Positions 1 to 7,611 of a DNA stretch of 57,417 bases are shown one piece after another. Source of the DNA: Bacteroidota bacterium. Lineage in GTDB: Bacteria > Bacteroidota > Bacteroidia > NS11-12g > UBA955. The stretch's first letter is position 1, and each line of letters opens with the position of its first letter. The position numbers were made by a program, and so were the translations under genes. The DNA lies in contig JBKCJE010000006.1 of assembly GCA_046301955.1 (NCBI GenBank), forward strand, positions 1 through 57,417, given 5' to 3'. Below the pieces are notes generated by a model. It did no database searches and had not been told where the DNA came from. It was given only the letters and a program-made list of their open reading frames with translations.

Positions 1-1644
1 GACGTTGCCGTTGTATAGAGGGACGAATATTTGTTGGTATTCAGGTCCGAAGGCGGATTGTTTCACGCTGGCTTTCACGCGATCGAGGTTTATTTGGAGG
101 CCCATTTTCGATTGGCGAATGTGGGCTTGGGCTTGGACTGAAAGTTGGGCGCCGGCATACCGTCCACCGCCAGACAGGTTGGTGGCGCGCCAAACTGCAC
201 CGGCAGGCACCCAAAGGATGGGAAAATCGAGTTCGCGGTAATAGGTAGTAAATTCTGCGGTGAGATTAAATACGGTTTGGCGGAAGTTTGTAGGACCGGT
301 TTTCAAGAGAAAGCCCATTTCGGCGCCCCATCCTTTTTCGGATTTGAGGGGGGATAGTGCGGCGCCACTGACCCAAAAGAGGTCGTTGAGGGTGGGCCTG
401 CGGAAAGAGGAATGCACGTTGGACTTCCAGGCCAGCCTTCGGCTGGCCTGGAACTGGAGCGAAATGCCGGCCGTGGGATTGCGCTCGTTCCATTCGTAAC
501 GCGCATTGCCCACGGCCGACCATTTTCTACCCGACCAATACACACCCAAAAGAGACGCCGGCAAAGCCCGATTCGCCCACCCCAAATAGTATTCCGTCTG
601 CGCCCGCTGGTACTGAAAATCTGTACCCAACAAAAAACGCAAACTGCGGTGCGTATAATACAACTCGTTCTGATAATGCAATGTCTTACCCCGACTCAAA
701 CTGCCCAATGAATCCTGTGGCGAACTGTAATAATCAATCTGGTCCATCACGCCACCCAAACGCTGTAACAATGTAATTCCTCGCTTGAACGAAACCTGAT
801 GCTCAACCAGACCACGCAAATTCACATCCAACTGCTTGCCCAATGGTTGCAACGAGCCCATCGCCAAGCCCAACTGTCGCGACATCCCAGCCCACTCCAG
901 CACAGTGCGCAATTGACTTCGGCCCGTCTTCATTCCGCCTACCATACGCATCATCTCTTGCCTGCGCAAAGCATTCTCCATTCTCCGTTTGGGAATCTCT
1001 AAACCCAAATCGTGAAATACATAGGCGTTTTCATGATAGAAATGGGCGGTATTGACCGACAAAAACCGTCGTTTACCCACCAAATTGACTTCTGCTGCGA
1101 TGTTTCGTTCACCAAACGATCCCATCGTGGCCATCGCTTTGGACCTACTGTGGTATTCTTCTCGAGCATCCCCGTCTAAAAAGTGCAACCCATTCCGCAT
1201 GAATAGCGTACCACCCATGCTTCCACTGCCCACCACCGCCGAATTGCCACCCTCCACCAAAAACATCTCGCCACATCCCCAACTCATCAAAGTATTGAAA
1301 TCGCTCATACCCAACATCGGGTTATTGATAGGCAATCCGTTCCAATTGATCTGGGTTTGATTGGCATCCGCGCCCCTGCGAGAAATTGTGCTACTGCCAG
1401 TTACGCCGTATTGTTTAAAGAAAACCCCTGCATCTTGCATCACGGAAGTCAACAGTTGGTCGTTGTCGCCCGAAGGCATTTCCCTCACCACCCGTCCAAT
1501 GGTGGCGAAATCCAACCGTTGGGCACGAATAAACACTGTATCGCAAGGCCTTTCCTCAGAAAAAGCCACACGCTGAAGGGTATCGCCCTCCGACGTGAAA
1601 GAGCCAACAGCTCCCAATAACGATATCCAGCCCAGTGCTAACAT
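1..1644 (-). CDS. TonB-dependent outer-membrane receptor, BtuB-like; 3' end runs off the window
   Basis: Absent from the supplied ORF track because it has no stop codon inside the window. My reverse-strand translation from ATG 1644..1642 stays open for 548 codons down to nt 1: MLALGWISLLGAVGSF...FKQYGVTGSSTISRRGADANQTQINWNGLPINNPMLG (TonB-receptor plug signature)...YYTHRSLRFLLGTDFQYQ. An in-frame stop lies just upstream (1741..1743). The gene sits directly behind a cobalamin riboswitch. Confidence 0.85.
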   Translation of the reverse strand, partial: MLALGWISLLGAVGSFTSEGDTLQRVAFSEERPCDTVFIRAQRLDFATIGRVVREMPSGDNDQLLTSVMQDAGVFFKQYGVTGSSTISRRGADANQTQINWNGLPINNPMLGMSDFNTLMSWGCGEMFLVEGGNSAVVGSGSMGGTLFMRNGLHFLDGDAREEYHSRSKAMATMGSFGERNIAAEVNLVGKRRFLSVNTAHFYHENAYVFHDLGLEIPKRRMENALRRQEMMRMVGGMKTGRSQLRTVLEWAGMSRQLGLAMGSLQPLGKQLDVNLRGLVEHQVSFKRGITLLQRLGGVMDQIDYYSSPQDSLGSLSRGKTLHYQNELYYTHRSLRFLLGTDFQYQRAQTEYYLGWANRALPASLLGVYWSGRKWSAVGNARYEWNERNPTAGISLQFQASRRLAWKSNVHSSFRRPTLNDLFWVSGAALSPLKSEKGWGAEMGFLLKTGPTNFRQTVFNLTAEFTTYYRELDFPILWVPAGAVWRATNLSGGGRYAGAQLSVQAQAHIRQSKMGLQINLDRVKASVKQSAFGPEYQQIFVPLYNGNV

Positions 1645-1744
1645 GGTATTTCTTGGGCACGAAATCAGGAATAAGGTGAGCAAAAAAGGGAAACCCTTCT
1701 GTCCTCGCCGCGCCTTTTTTCCCGAAAGCGTGCAATGGTGTTAT

Positions 1745-1927
1745 TAGGCAGGTCTTCTGACTTCTCCTTCTTGGGCGCCTTCCCATCTTACGACAGTGGC
1801 GTTAGAGGCCCAAAAAATGCGTCAATCATTGATTGACTTGGAGTTACAGCTGCGGGTACAGTCTCGGTTTTACACCGAAGTTCCCTTTTCATCAATGTGG
1901 ATTAGCCATCCATCATTGAACCTAGCA
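1745..1927 (-). promoter_or_regulatory. Cobalamin (B12) riboswitch
   Basis: Minus strand reads ...TCAATGATGG-ATGGCTAAT-CCACATTGA (P2-like hairpin) TGAAAAGGGAACTTCGGTGTAAAACCGAGACTGTACCCGCAGCTGTAA ... GCCACTGTCGTAAGATGGGAAGGC ... AAGTCAGAAGACCTGCCT. This matches the conserved cobalamin-riboswitch core (AGGGAA, GGTG-AA-CC, CCCGC-ACTGTAA, GCCACTG, GGGAAGGC). The B12 box (consensus rAGYCMGgAgaCCkGCcd) is at 1747..1762. Confidence 0.85.
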
Positions 1928-1933
1928 ACACAA

Positions 1934-1941
1934 CAAAACTA
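1934..1941 (-). promoter_or_regulatory. Candidate Bacteroidota -7 promoter box (TAGTTTTG) driving the riboswitch and receptor transcript
   Basis: Reverse complement of caaaacta is TAGTTTTG, which matches TAnnTTTG. It lies a few nt upstream of the riboswitch 5' hairpin and downstream of the HlyD-gene stop and hairpin. Confidence 0.45.
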
Positions 1942-1960
1942 CTATTTTGTCTAAGAGATT

Positions 1961-1974
1961 CCACCCTCAGGTGG
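1961..1974 (-). terminator. Weak hairpin after the adaptor gene (CCACC-TGAG-GGTGG)
   Basis: 5-bp stem with a 4-nt loop, about 15 nt after the stop at 1990. There is no strong T tract, so this is weak. Confidence 0.25.
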
Positions 1975-1989
1975 ACATTTTGTGTAAAT

Positions 1990-3264
1990 TTATTTTTTCT
2001 TCTTCAGCTTATCGCCGTCGTTCAAGGTCTTGGCCACCGACATACTTGGGCCCGACACCACTTCATCACCCACTTTTAAACCGCCCAAAACTTCGTAAAA
2101 ATCCAAATCCTGCACACCCGTTTTCACTTCCACCGCTTTGGCTTTGCCACCATTGTACAAGAAAACCCAGGTTTGAACATCCGATTTGCTCTCAGCCACC
2201 TTGCCATCTTTGGAAGCGCCCATTGGATTTCTTGTTGTCACCGCGGCAATTGGCACAGAAACCACACCCGTTTTGGTCTTTGTTTTCACGTCTACGCTGG
2301 CCGTCATCCCCGGTAAAAATGGAAATTCACCCTCCGCCGTTAAATCTTGATAACTCGATGGCACCAAACGGATTTTCACCACAAAATTGGTCACCTGATC
2401 ACTCATGTTCTGCGCTGCATTGAACACCGCCGAATTGGCAATCTCTGTAACCACACCGCGAAAAATACGACCGTCGTACGCATCCACCTTTACGTCGGCA
2501 CTATCGCCACGGTGAATTCTCACAATGTCATTTTCATTCACATTCACCTGCACTTCCATCATGTGCATGTTAGAAATGCGCATAATTTCGGTTCCTGCCA
2601 TTTGCGCGGTTCCTACCACTCGCTCCCCTTTTTCAGAGGTCAAATGCGTAACTATACCTGATGCCGGCGCATAAATACTTGTCCTTCCCAAGTTGCGCTT
2701 ACCTTCTTCCAATCGCGCGGCTACACTTTGTACGTTGTACTTACTGCCCAACACCGACTTGCCGGCCGCCTCAAAATCCGCTTTGGCCACTTCGTATTGC
2801 AATTGGGCATTTTCCCATTCTTGATCGCTGATCACCTTTTGATCATACAATTTCTTCTGACGCTTGTAATTCAATCCCGCCTGATCAAAAGACGATTTCG
2901 CCTTGATACTCTGGGCCTCTGCACCTGCCAACGCCGCACGAGCATTGTCCAAATTGGCCTTCAACTGCGACATTGCTGTTTCGTACAATTCTGGATTGAT
3001 GCGCAACAACAACTGTCCTTTGGTCACACTATCCCCCTCGTGCACCATCATATCGATGATTTCACCGCTTACATCGGCACTGATTTTTACCTCACTCTCG
3101 GGTTGAATTTTGCCCGTTACACTCACAATTTCTGTGATGGTGCGCGATTCTACCTTGGCAGTTTCCACTTCCAAATCTTTTTTACCGCCTTTCATCACCA
3201 TAGCCACTACGATGAGCACGACCAATGCGGCGAGAGAAATCCAGAGTATGCGTTTTTTTGTCAT
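1990..3264 (-). CDS. HlyD/MacA-type efflux periplasmic adaptor (membrane fusion protein)
   Basis: 424-aa ORF with an N-terminal TM anchor (ILWISLAALVVLIVVAMV), a lipoyl-like segment (ISADVSGEIIDMMVHEGDSVTKGQLLLRI), a long coiled-coil and a beta-barrel C-terminal part. It lies directly downstream of a TolC-family gene. Confidence 0.9.
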   Translation of the reverse strand: MTKKRILWISLAALVVLIVVAMVMKGGKKDLEVETAKVESRTITEIVSVTGKIQPESEVKISADVSGEIIDMMVHEGDSVTKGQLLLRINPELYETAMSQLKANLDNARAALAGAEAQSIKAKSSFDQAGLNYKRQKKLYDQKVISDQEWENAQLQYEVAKADFEAAGKSVLGSKYNVQSVAARLEEGKRNLGRTSIYAPASGIVTHLTSEKGERVVGTAQMAGTEIMRISNMHMMEVQVNVNENDIVRIHRGDSADVKVDAYDGRIFRGVVTEIANSAVFNAAQNMSDQVTNFVVKIRLVPSSYQDLTAEGEFPFLPGMTASVDVKTKTKTGVVSVPIAAVTTRNPMGASKDGKVAESKSDVQTWVFLYNGGKAKAVEVKTGVQDLDFYEVLGGLKVGDEVVSGPSMSVAKTLNDGDKLKKKK

Positions 3265-3267
3265 TCG

Positions 3268-3282
3268 GTTGTTGTTGTTGTT
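3268..3282 (-). repeat. (AAC)5 trinucleotide repeat in the TolC-adaptor intergenic spacer
   Basis: Plus strand is (GTT)5. Minus strand reads CCAACAACAACAACAACCGAATG and ends 3 nt before the adaptor ATG (3264). Confidence 0.9.
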
Positions 3283-3300
3283 GGATGATGGATATGCTTA

Positions 3301-4755
3301 TTATTTATCGAGCGATGGCATTTCAGGTGCAACACCTCCCATATTGGGATTGGGCGATAGGTAAAATTCCAGTACCAGCCTGCGGAAAGCCCGCTCATAC
3401 TTGGAAGAAATAAAGTTCTGATAAGCGGTTTGCGCGTTGGCATAAGCCACTTGATATTCAAAGTACGAAGCCGCACCTGCATCCAACCGCTGTTTTACAT
3501 ATTGTTCATTTTGCTTTTGCAGCTCATGACTTTCTTTGTTGGCCGCGTATCGCTTTTCGGCATTTTGATAATTATTGAAAGCCGACAACACCTCGTTTTG
3601 TACATTCTGTTCGATGCGATCTAAGTTCAATTTCGCCCGCAGAACTGCAACATCGGCTGATTTAACCTGATTTTGGCGCTGCATGCCGGAATAGATGGGC
3701 ACATTCAAATTCACTCCCAAAGACTGACCGAAGTTGTTTTTTACCTGCTCTCCAAAAGCAATGGTACTCATTTGGTACTCGAAACTTGGCGCTTCCACGA
3801 TTTCGTTTGATCCTTGTACCCTGCCGATTGGTGAAAACCCATTCAAGCTAACCCCATCCACATTTTTCGCATTGTCAGAATACACGGTACTTACACTACC
3901 TCCAACGCTCAAGGTTGGCAGCAATGCTCCTTTAGCGGCGCGCCATCCATATTCTGCCGCCATCACCCTGTATTTGGCCGCGCGGTAATCAGGACGACGG
4001 TATAAGATTGAATCCACCAATTGTTGGGCCGAGAACCCAAAAGGGGATTCGACGCTTCCCAACGATTCTGTGGCAGGTTCAAATGATTGTAACTGTGGTA
4101 AGCGAAACAACTGTTTTAGGTTTTGCAAGGCCACATTTTTGTTGTTCTGGGCCGATGTTAGCGTTGCTAAATCATTGGCATGTTGCGCTTTCAAAGCCAA
4201 CAACACCCCGCGATTGCTACCACCCGCATCGTACATCAATTGTCCGCGATCGAGTTGAGCCTTGCTGGCATTGGCCGCGTTTTGAGCTGCAGCTTCCGCT
4301 TCTGTAGCTTGTAAACACTGAACATATGCCCCTGACACTTGAAGAATAATGGAGAGCTGAACAGATTGCAAATCGGCTTCTGAGGCCATCCAGTTCTGTT
4401 TGGCTTGTTTGAAATTGTATTGGGTTTGTCCGCCACCATACAACAAAACCGAACCCTGCAGCTGAAAATTGTTTGAGCTGATGGTCGATTGCACAAACTG
4501 GTTGGTGAATCGGTCGATGCTTCGCCCCGATTGATAAAATTGTCCGGCTGAGCCACTAAAATCCGGCGCAAACCCGCTTTTGGCTTGGTTCATGGTCAAT
4601 TCTGCCTGCGACTCAGACAGCATCGAAAGTTGCACATCGATGTTTTGTTTGAGGGCTTGTTCGATACACTGCTCCAAGGTATAACGCACCGATTGACCTT
4701 GCAGCGGGGCGATTCCACTGAGAGCGAGCAAGCCTGCGGCAATCCACTGATTCAT
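3301..4755 (-). CDS. TolC-family outer-membrane efflux protein
   Basis: The ORF 3301..4881 has a junk N-terminal extension. The likely start is ATG 4755..4753, giving the signal peptide MNQWIAAGLLALSGIAPLQGQ. The body has two TolC-like repeats (LTLEQCIEQALKQNIDVQ..., QLDRGQLMYDAGG..., RPDYRAAKYRV...). Confidence 0.9.
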   Translation of the reverse strand: MNQWIAAGLLALSGIAPLQGQSVRYTLEQCIEQALKQNIDVQLSMLSESQAELTMNQAKSGFAPDFSGSAGQFYQSGRSIDRFTNQFVQSTISSNNFQLQGSVLLYGGGQTQYNFKQAKQNWMASEADLQSVQLSIILQVSGAYVQCLQATEAEAAAQNAANASKAQLDRGQLMYDAGGSNRGVLLALKAQHANDLATLTSAQNNKNVALQNLKQLFRLPQLQSFEPATESLGSVESPFGFSAQQLVDSILYRRPDYRAAKYRVMAAEYGWRAAKGALLPTLSVGGSVSTVYSDNAKNVDGVSLNGFSPIGRVQGSNEIVEAPSFEYQMSTIAFGEQVKNNFGQSLGVNLNVPIYSGMQRQNQVKSADVAVLRAKLNLDRIEQNVQNEVLSAFNNYQNAEKRYAANKESHELQKQNEQYVKQRLDAGAASYFEYQVAYANAQTAYQNFISSKYERAFRRLVLEFYLSPNPNMGGVAPEMPSLDK

Positions 4756-4760
4756 AACTG

Positions 4761-4768
4761 CAAAGATA
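4761..4768 (-). promoter_or_regulatory. Candidate -7 promoter box TATCTTTG for the TolC/adaptor operon (near-leaderless)
   Basis: Minus strand reads TATCTTTG-CAGTT-ATG. This matches TAnnTTTG and is only 5 nt from the start codon. Confidence 0.4.
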
Positions 4769-4776
4769 ATGATAAT

Positions 4777-4799
4777 GATGCGGCCCTGCGGGCCGCATC
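4777..4799. repeat. 23-bp perfect GC-rich palindrome GATGCGGCCC-TGC-GGGCCGCATC
   Basis: 10-bp arms with a 3-nt centre, read directly. It lies in the divergent intergenic region between the TolC gene and the T9SS cargo gene, 8 nt upstream of the TolC -7 box. Confidence 0.9.
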
Positions 4800-4953
4800 G
4801 ACCTACACCCTGCACCAACCGACAAAATACGTCTCCCCGAACCCCCATAACCCATTGAAACGAGCCATAATTCACGACCAACCAAATGTCGCATTGATTG
4901 TTACATCTATCAAATCAAACCAAACCTTGTCAACAAAGGCAACAGATACACCC

Positions 4954-4961
4954 TAATTTTG
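4954..4961 (+). promoter_or_regulatory. Candidate -7 promoter box TAATTTTG
   Basis: Matches TAnnTTTG, 17 nt upstream of ATG 4979. Confidence 0.45.
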
Positions 4962-4978
4962 TCCATAGTTCTCAAACC

Positions 4979-7570
4979 ATGAAATACATCAAATTCCTAT
5001 TCTTACTGTTGAGCATCGCCGTAGTGAGCGAGGTTGTCTCGTACACCAGCGGAGCGAGTCCGGCATACACGGGAGCCATCTCAGAAGGCAATTGTACCAG
5101 CTGTCATTCATCCTACAGTTTGGTTACCTCAGGAAACCAGTGGAATCGCATCCGCATGCGAAGCAATATTCCTAGCACAGGATATCTCCCCGATTCTACC
5201 TACACCATCACCATTACATACGCAGAATCAGGGATATCCAAATTTGGATTCCAACTCACCGCGCTGGACACCACAAATGCCGCGGCAGGCACCTTTTCAA
5301 CCGCCGACAACCGCACCAGCACGAGTTCTACCAGTGTAAGCGGAAAAACGCGCTACTATATCGGACAAACCACTACCGGATCGGCCAGGGTTGCCACTGA
5401 CAGTACTGCATGGTCATTCAAATGGAAAGCCCCATCGACCAACGTGGGCAAAGTAAAATTATACACCACCGTCAATGCGACCAACGACAACAGTAGCTCC
5501 AGTGGCGATTACATCTACAAAAAAGATTTCACCATTACGCCATCTACCCTTTTGCCAGTAGCATCGGCCAAGGTTGCAGACCCTGTTTCATGCACCAACG
5601 GCACCAAGTTCGCTGGCAGCGCCACAAATTCGCCCTCGTCGTTCTTGTGGGAAGAAAAACCCACTACCGGGGCCAATACCCGCTTATCTACGGCTCAAAA
5701 CCCTACGCTCGTACTCACGGCTGGCAAACACACTATCCTATTCACTGCCACCAATGCGTATGGCAAATCCAATACGGTTACGCTAAACATCGTAACTTAT
5801 TCTTCCCCCCCAAAGGCAAGCACCACACCCAAGGGAACTAGCACCATTTGCGGAGGAGATTCATCAAAAGTCACCGTTGCTGGCTTAAACACCACCTTGT
5901 ACAAACAAAAGTGGATCCACAACAACAGCACCAAAACCACGATTTTCCTCAAAGACACCGGCTCTTACTTCAATTTGGCCACGAGTTTGGAAGGCTGCTC
6001 AACCCTCACCGACCCCATTAAGATTTTGGTTAACCCCAAGCCCACTGTCAACGTGAGCCTGTTACTATCAATGGCCTACTGCGTCAACAGCAAAGTGACC
6101 TGGAAAGTCAAATTGAACAAAGGCGATTCCATTTCCACCATCGGGGCCACGGGACCATATTCCGGCGATACCCTCATTACCACCATCGCGAAATTATCCA
6201 ATCCCAGAGAACGCTTTTGGGTTAAAGGGAGCAACGGCTGTGTGAGTGTACCGCTCTCTTTGAGTTACAGCGTGGTGGATTCGTCATTCGCACCCCAACT
6301 GTCTGGCATCGATTCGCAATTAACGCAAGTGGTTTTCAAATGGAAATCACAACCCCTCGCCATTCAATACAGTTGCAGCAAGGATTCCGGAAAAACATGG
6401 ACAAACAGCGGCAACAATGGCTTAGATACGCAATTTGCGGTAGCTACACCATCAGACAAATCACCCGTTTCGCTATGGGTTCGATACAGCATCAACAACG
6501 ATTGCATGGTGAGTCCTATCGCCCGCTTCTCCGCCACCACCAAGTCGTGCACACCCATCGATTATACCGCCCAATGGAGCAGCAGTCCGCTCTGCGTGGG
6601 CAGCAAAGCAACTTTATCGCTCGGAAATTTGCCCAAGGCCTACAACGTTTGGGTGAACGGCACATCGCAACAGCAGCAATCACAGTTTCAGATTGATATC
6701 AATGCGTTGAACGGCAAGGTAGATTTGGCGGTTCTGGATTCAGCGCAAGCGGTTTGTGGCACCACGAAAAAGAGTGTTTCTTGGAGTGCCGAATCGATCA
6801 GGGCAAACCAATTAAAACACGATATCGATACCCTTACCCCCAAAATTATTTGTGGCGGCAGCATTTGGCTCACACACGATTGCGATACCACATCGGTAAA
6901 AAAGGCCTGGATTGTGGTGAACGGCAAACAAGTTTTATCGCTCAACAACCCCAAATCGGGCATCAACAAAGTACTGGTAAAACAAGGCGATTCTGTATGG
7001 CTGCAAGGAAACACCAGCAAAGGCTGTGTGGCGAATTCTGCCAAGGCGCGCATCCAAGTAAACCCCTTACCCAATGCCAATTTCACGGTGAGTAACCAAG
7101 GTCCATTGTACACCTTTACACCCATAGACACCACGGGCGATCACATGTGGTACATCCAATCCGCGCCCAGTTGGTTGAGTGCCGACATCAAACCCAAACA
7201 CAACCTCGCGCCGTATAGCAACCAAACCGTGCGCGTTTTCCACGAGTTGAACCGCCAGGGCGATAGTTGCTTCTCTTTGACCTATCAAGACTTGGTCCTC
7301 GGCGAATTAAGTGCCGCTCAATTGGTTGTAAGCAAATTCAACCTCTACCCCAATCCCGTTTCGCAAGGACAGTGGATTCAGGTACAATCAGATGTTATGT
7401 GGTCGCGCTGTGAAATCACCGACGCTTCGGGCAGACCGATGATGCATTTCAACCGGGCGATGATCACGGGCAATGGTTTTACGTTTGAAGGTGCCGCTGG
7501 ATTGTATCGTTTGAGATTCTATCTGGGCGATGAGGTGGTAGGACAATCGTCGTTGCTCTGCGCAGAATAA
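4979..7570 (+). CDS. Large secreted protein with T9SS type-A C-terminal sorting domain; N-terminal module carries a CXXCH motif
   Basis: The track ORF 4898..7570 starts at a TTG. The realistic start is ATG 4979 (MKYIKFLFLLLSIAVVSEVVS signal peptide). CTSCH is at nt 5093..5107. The middle holds repeated Ig-like Cys-containing modules. The C-terminus FNLYPNPVSQGQWIQVQS...GLYRLRFYLGDEVVGQSSLL is typical of a Por_Secre_tail CTD. Confidence 0.85.
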   Translation: MKYIKFLFLLLSIAVVSEVVSYTSGASPAYTGAISEGNCTSCHSSYSLVTSGNQWNRIRMRSNIPSTGYLPDSTYTITITYAESGISKFGFQLTALDTTNAAAGTFSTADNRTSTSSTSVSGKTRYYIGQTTTGSARVATDSTAWSFKWKAPSTNVGKVKLYTTVNATNDNSSSSGDYIYKKDFTITPSTLLPVASAKVADPVSCTNGTKFAGSATNSPSSFLWEEKPTTGANTRLSTAQNPTLVLTAGKHTILFTATNAYGKSNTVTLNIVTYSSPPKASTTPKGTSTICGGDSSKVTVAGLNTTLYKQKWIHNNSTKTTIFLKDTGSYFNLATSLEGCSTLTDPIKILVNPKPTVNVSLLLSMAYCVNSKVTWKVKLNKGDSISTIGATGPYSGDTLITTIAKLSNPRERFWVKGSNGCVSVPLSLSYSVVDSSFAPQLSGIDSQLTQVVFKWKSQPLAIQYSCSKDSGKTWTNSGNNGLDTQFAVATPSDKSPVSLWVRYSINNDCMVSPIARFSATTKSCTPIDYTAQWSSSPLCVGSKATLSLGNLPKAYNVWVNGTSQQQQSQFQIDINALNGKVDLAVLDSAQAVCGTTKKSVSWSAESIRANQLKHDIDTLTPKIICGGSIWLTHDCDTTSVKKAWIVVNGKQVLSLNNPKSGINKVLVKQGDSVWLQGNTSKGCVANSAKARIQVNPLPNANFTVSNQGPLYTFTPIDTTGDHMWYIQSAPSWLSADIKPKHNLAPYSNQTVRVFHELNRQGDSCFSLTYQDLVLGELSAAQLVVSKFNLYPNPVSQGQWIQVQSDVMWSRCEITDASGRPMMHFNRAMITGNGFTFEGAAGLYRLRFYLGDEVVGQSSLLCAE

Positions 7571-7611
7571 CCGTTCAATCAGAACTGCTGCGGCAGAAAC
7601 GAACGCTGCAA

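Noticed and set aside
5-1786. About a dozen short overlapping ORFs (60-102 aa) listed in the track for the first 1.8 kb, which make the region look like a graveyard of small genes or a pseudogene.
   Set aside because: They are shadow ORFs of a single long minus-strand frame (the TonB-dependent receptor, 1644 to 1) and of the riboswitch leader. None has a recognisable motif.
4777-4799. The 23-bp GC palindrome as an ordinary rho-independent terminator.
   Set aside because: It lies between divergently transcribed genes with nothing reading into it, and it has no T tract on either strand.
4898-4978. N-terminal extensions in the track ORFs (4898, 4881, 9219, 14708, 17364, 26446, 41541, 44941, 49322, 51365, 52330 and others).
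   Set aside because: The track opens ORFs at the first ATG, TTG or GTG after a stop. In each case an internal ATG gives a proper signal peptide or the conserved family N-terminus, and the extension overlaps promoter or upstream gene sequence.
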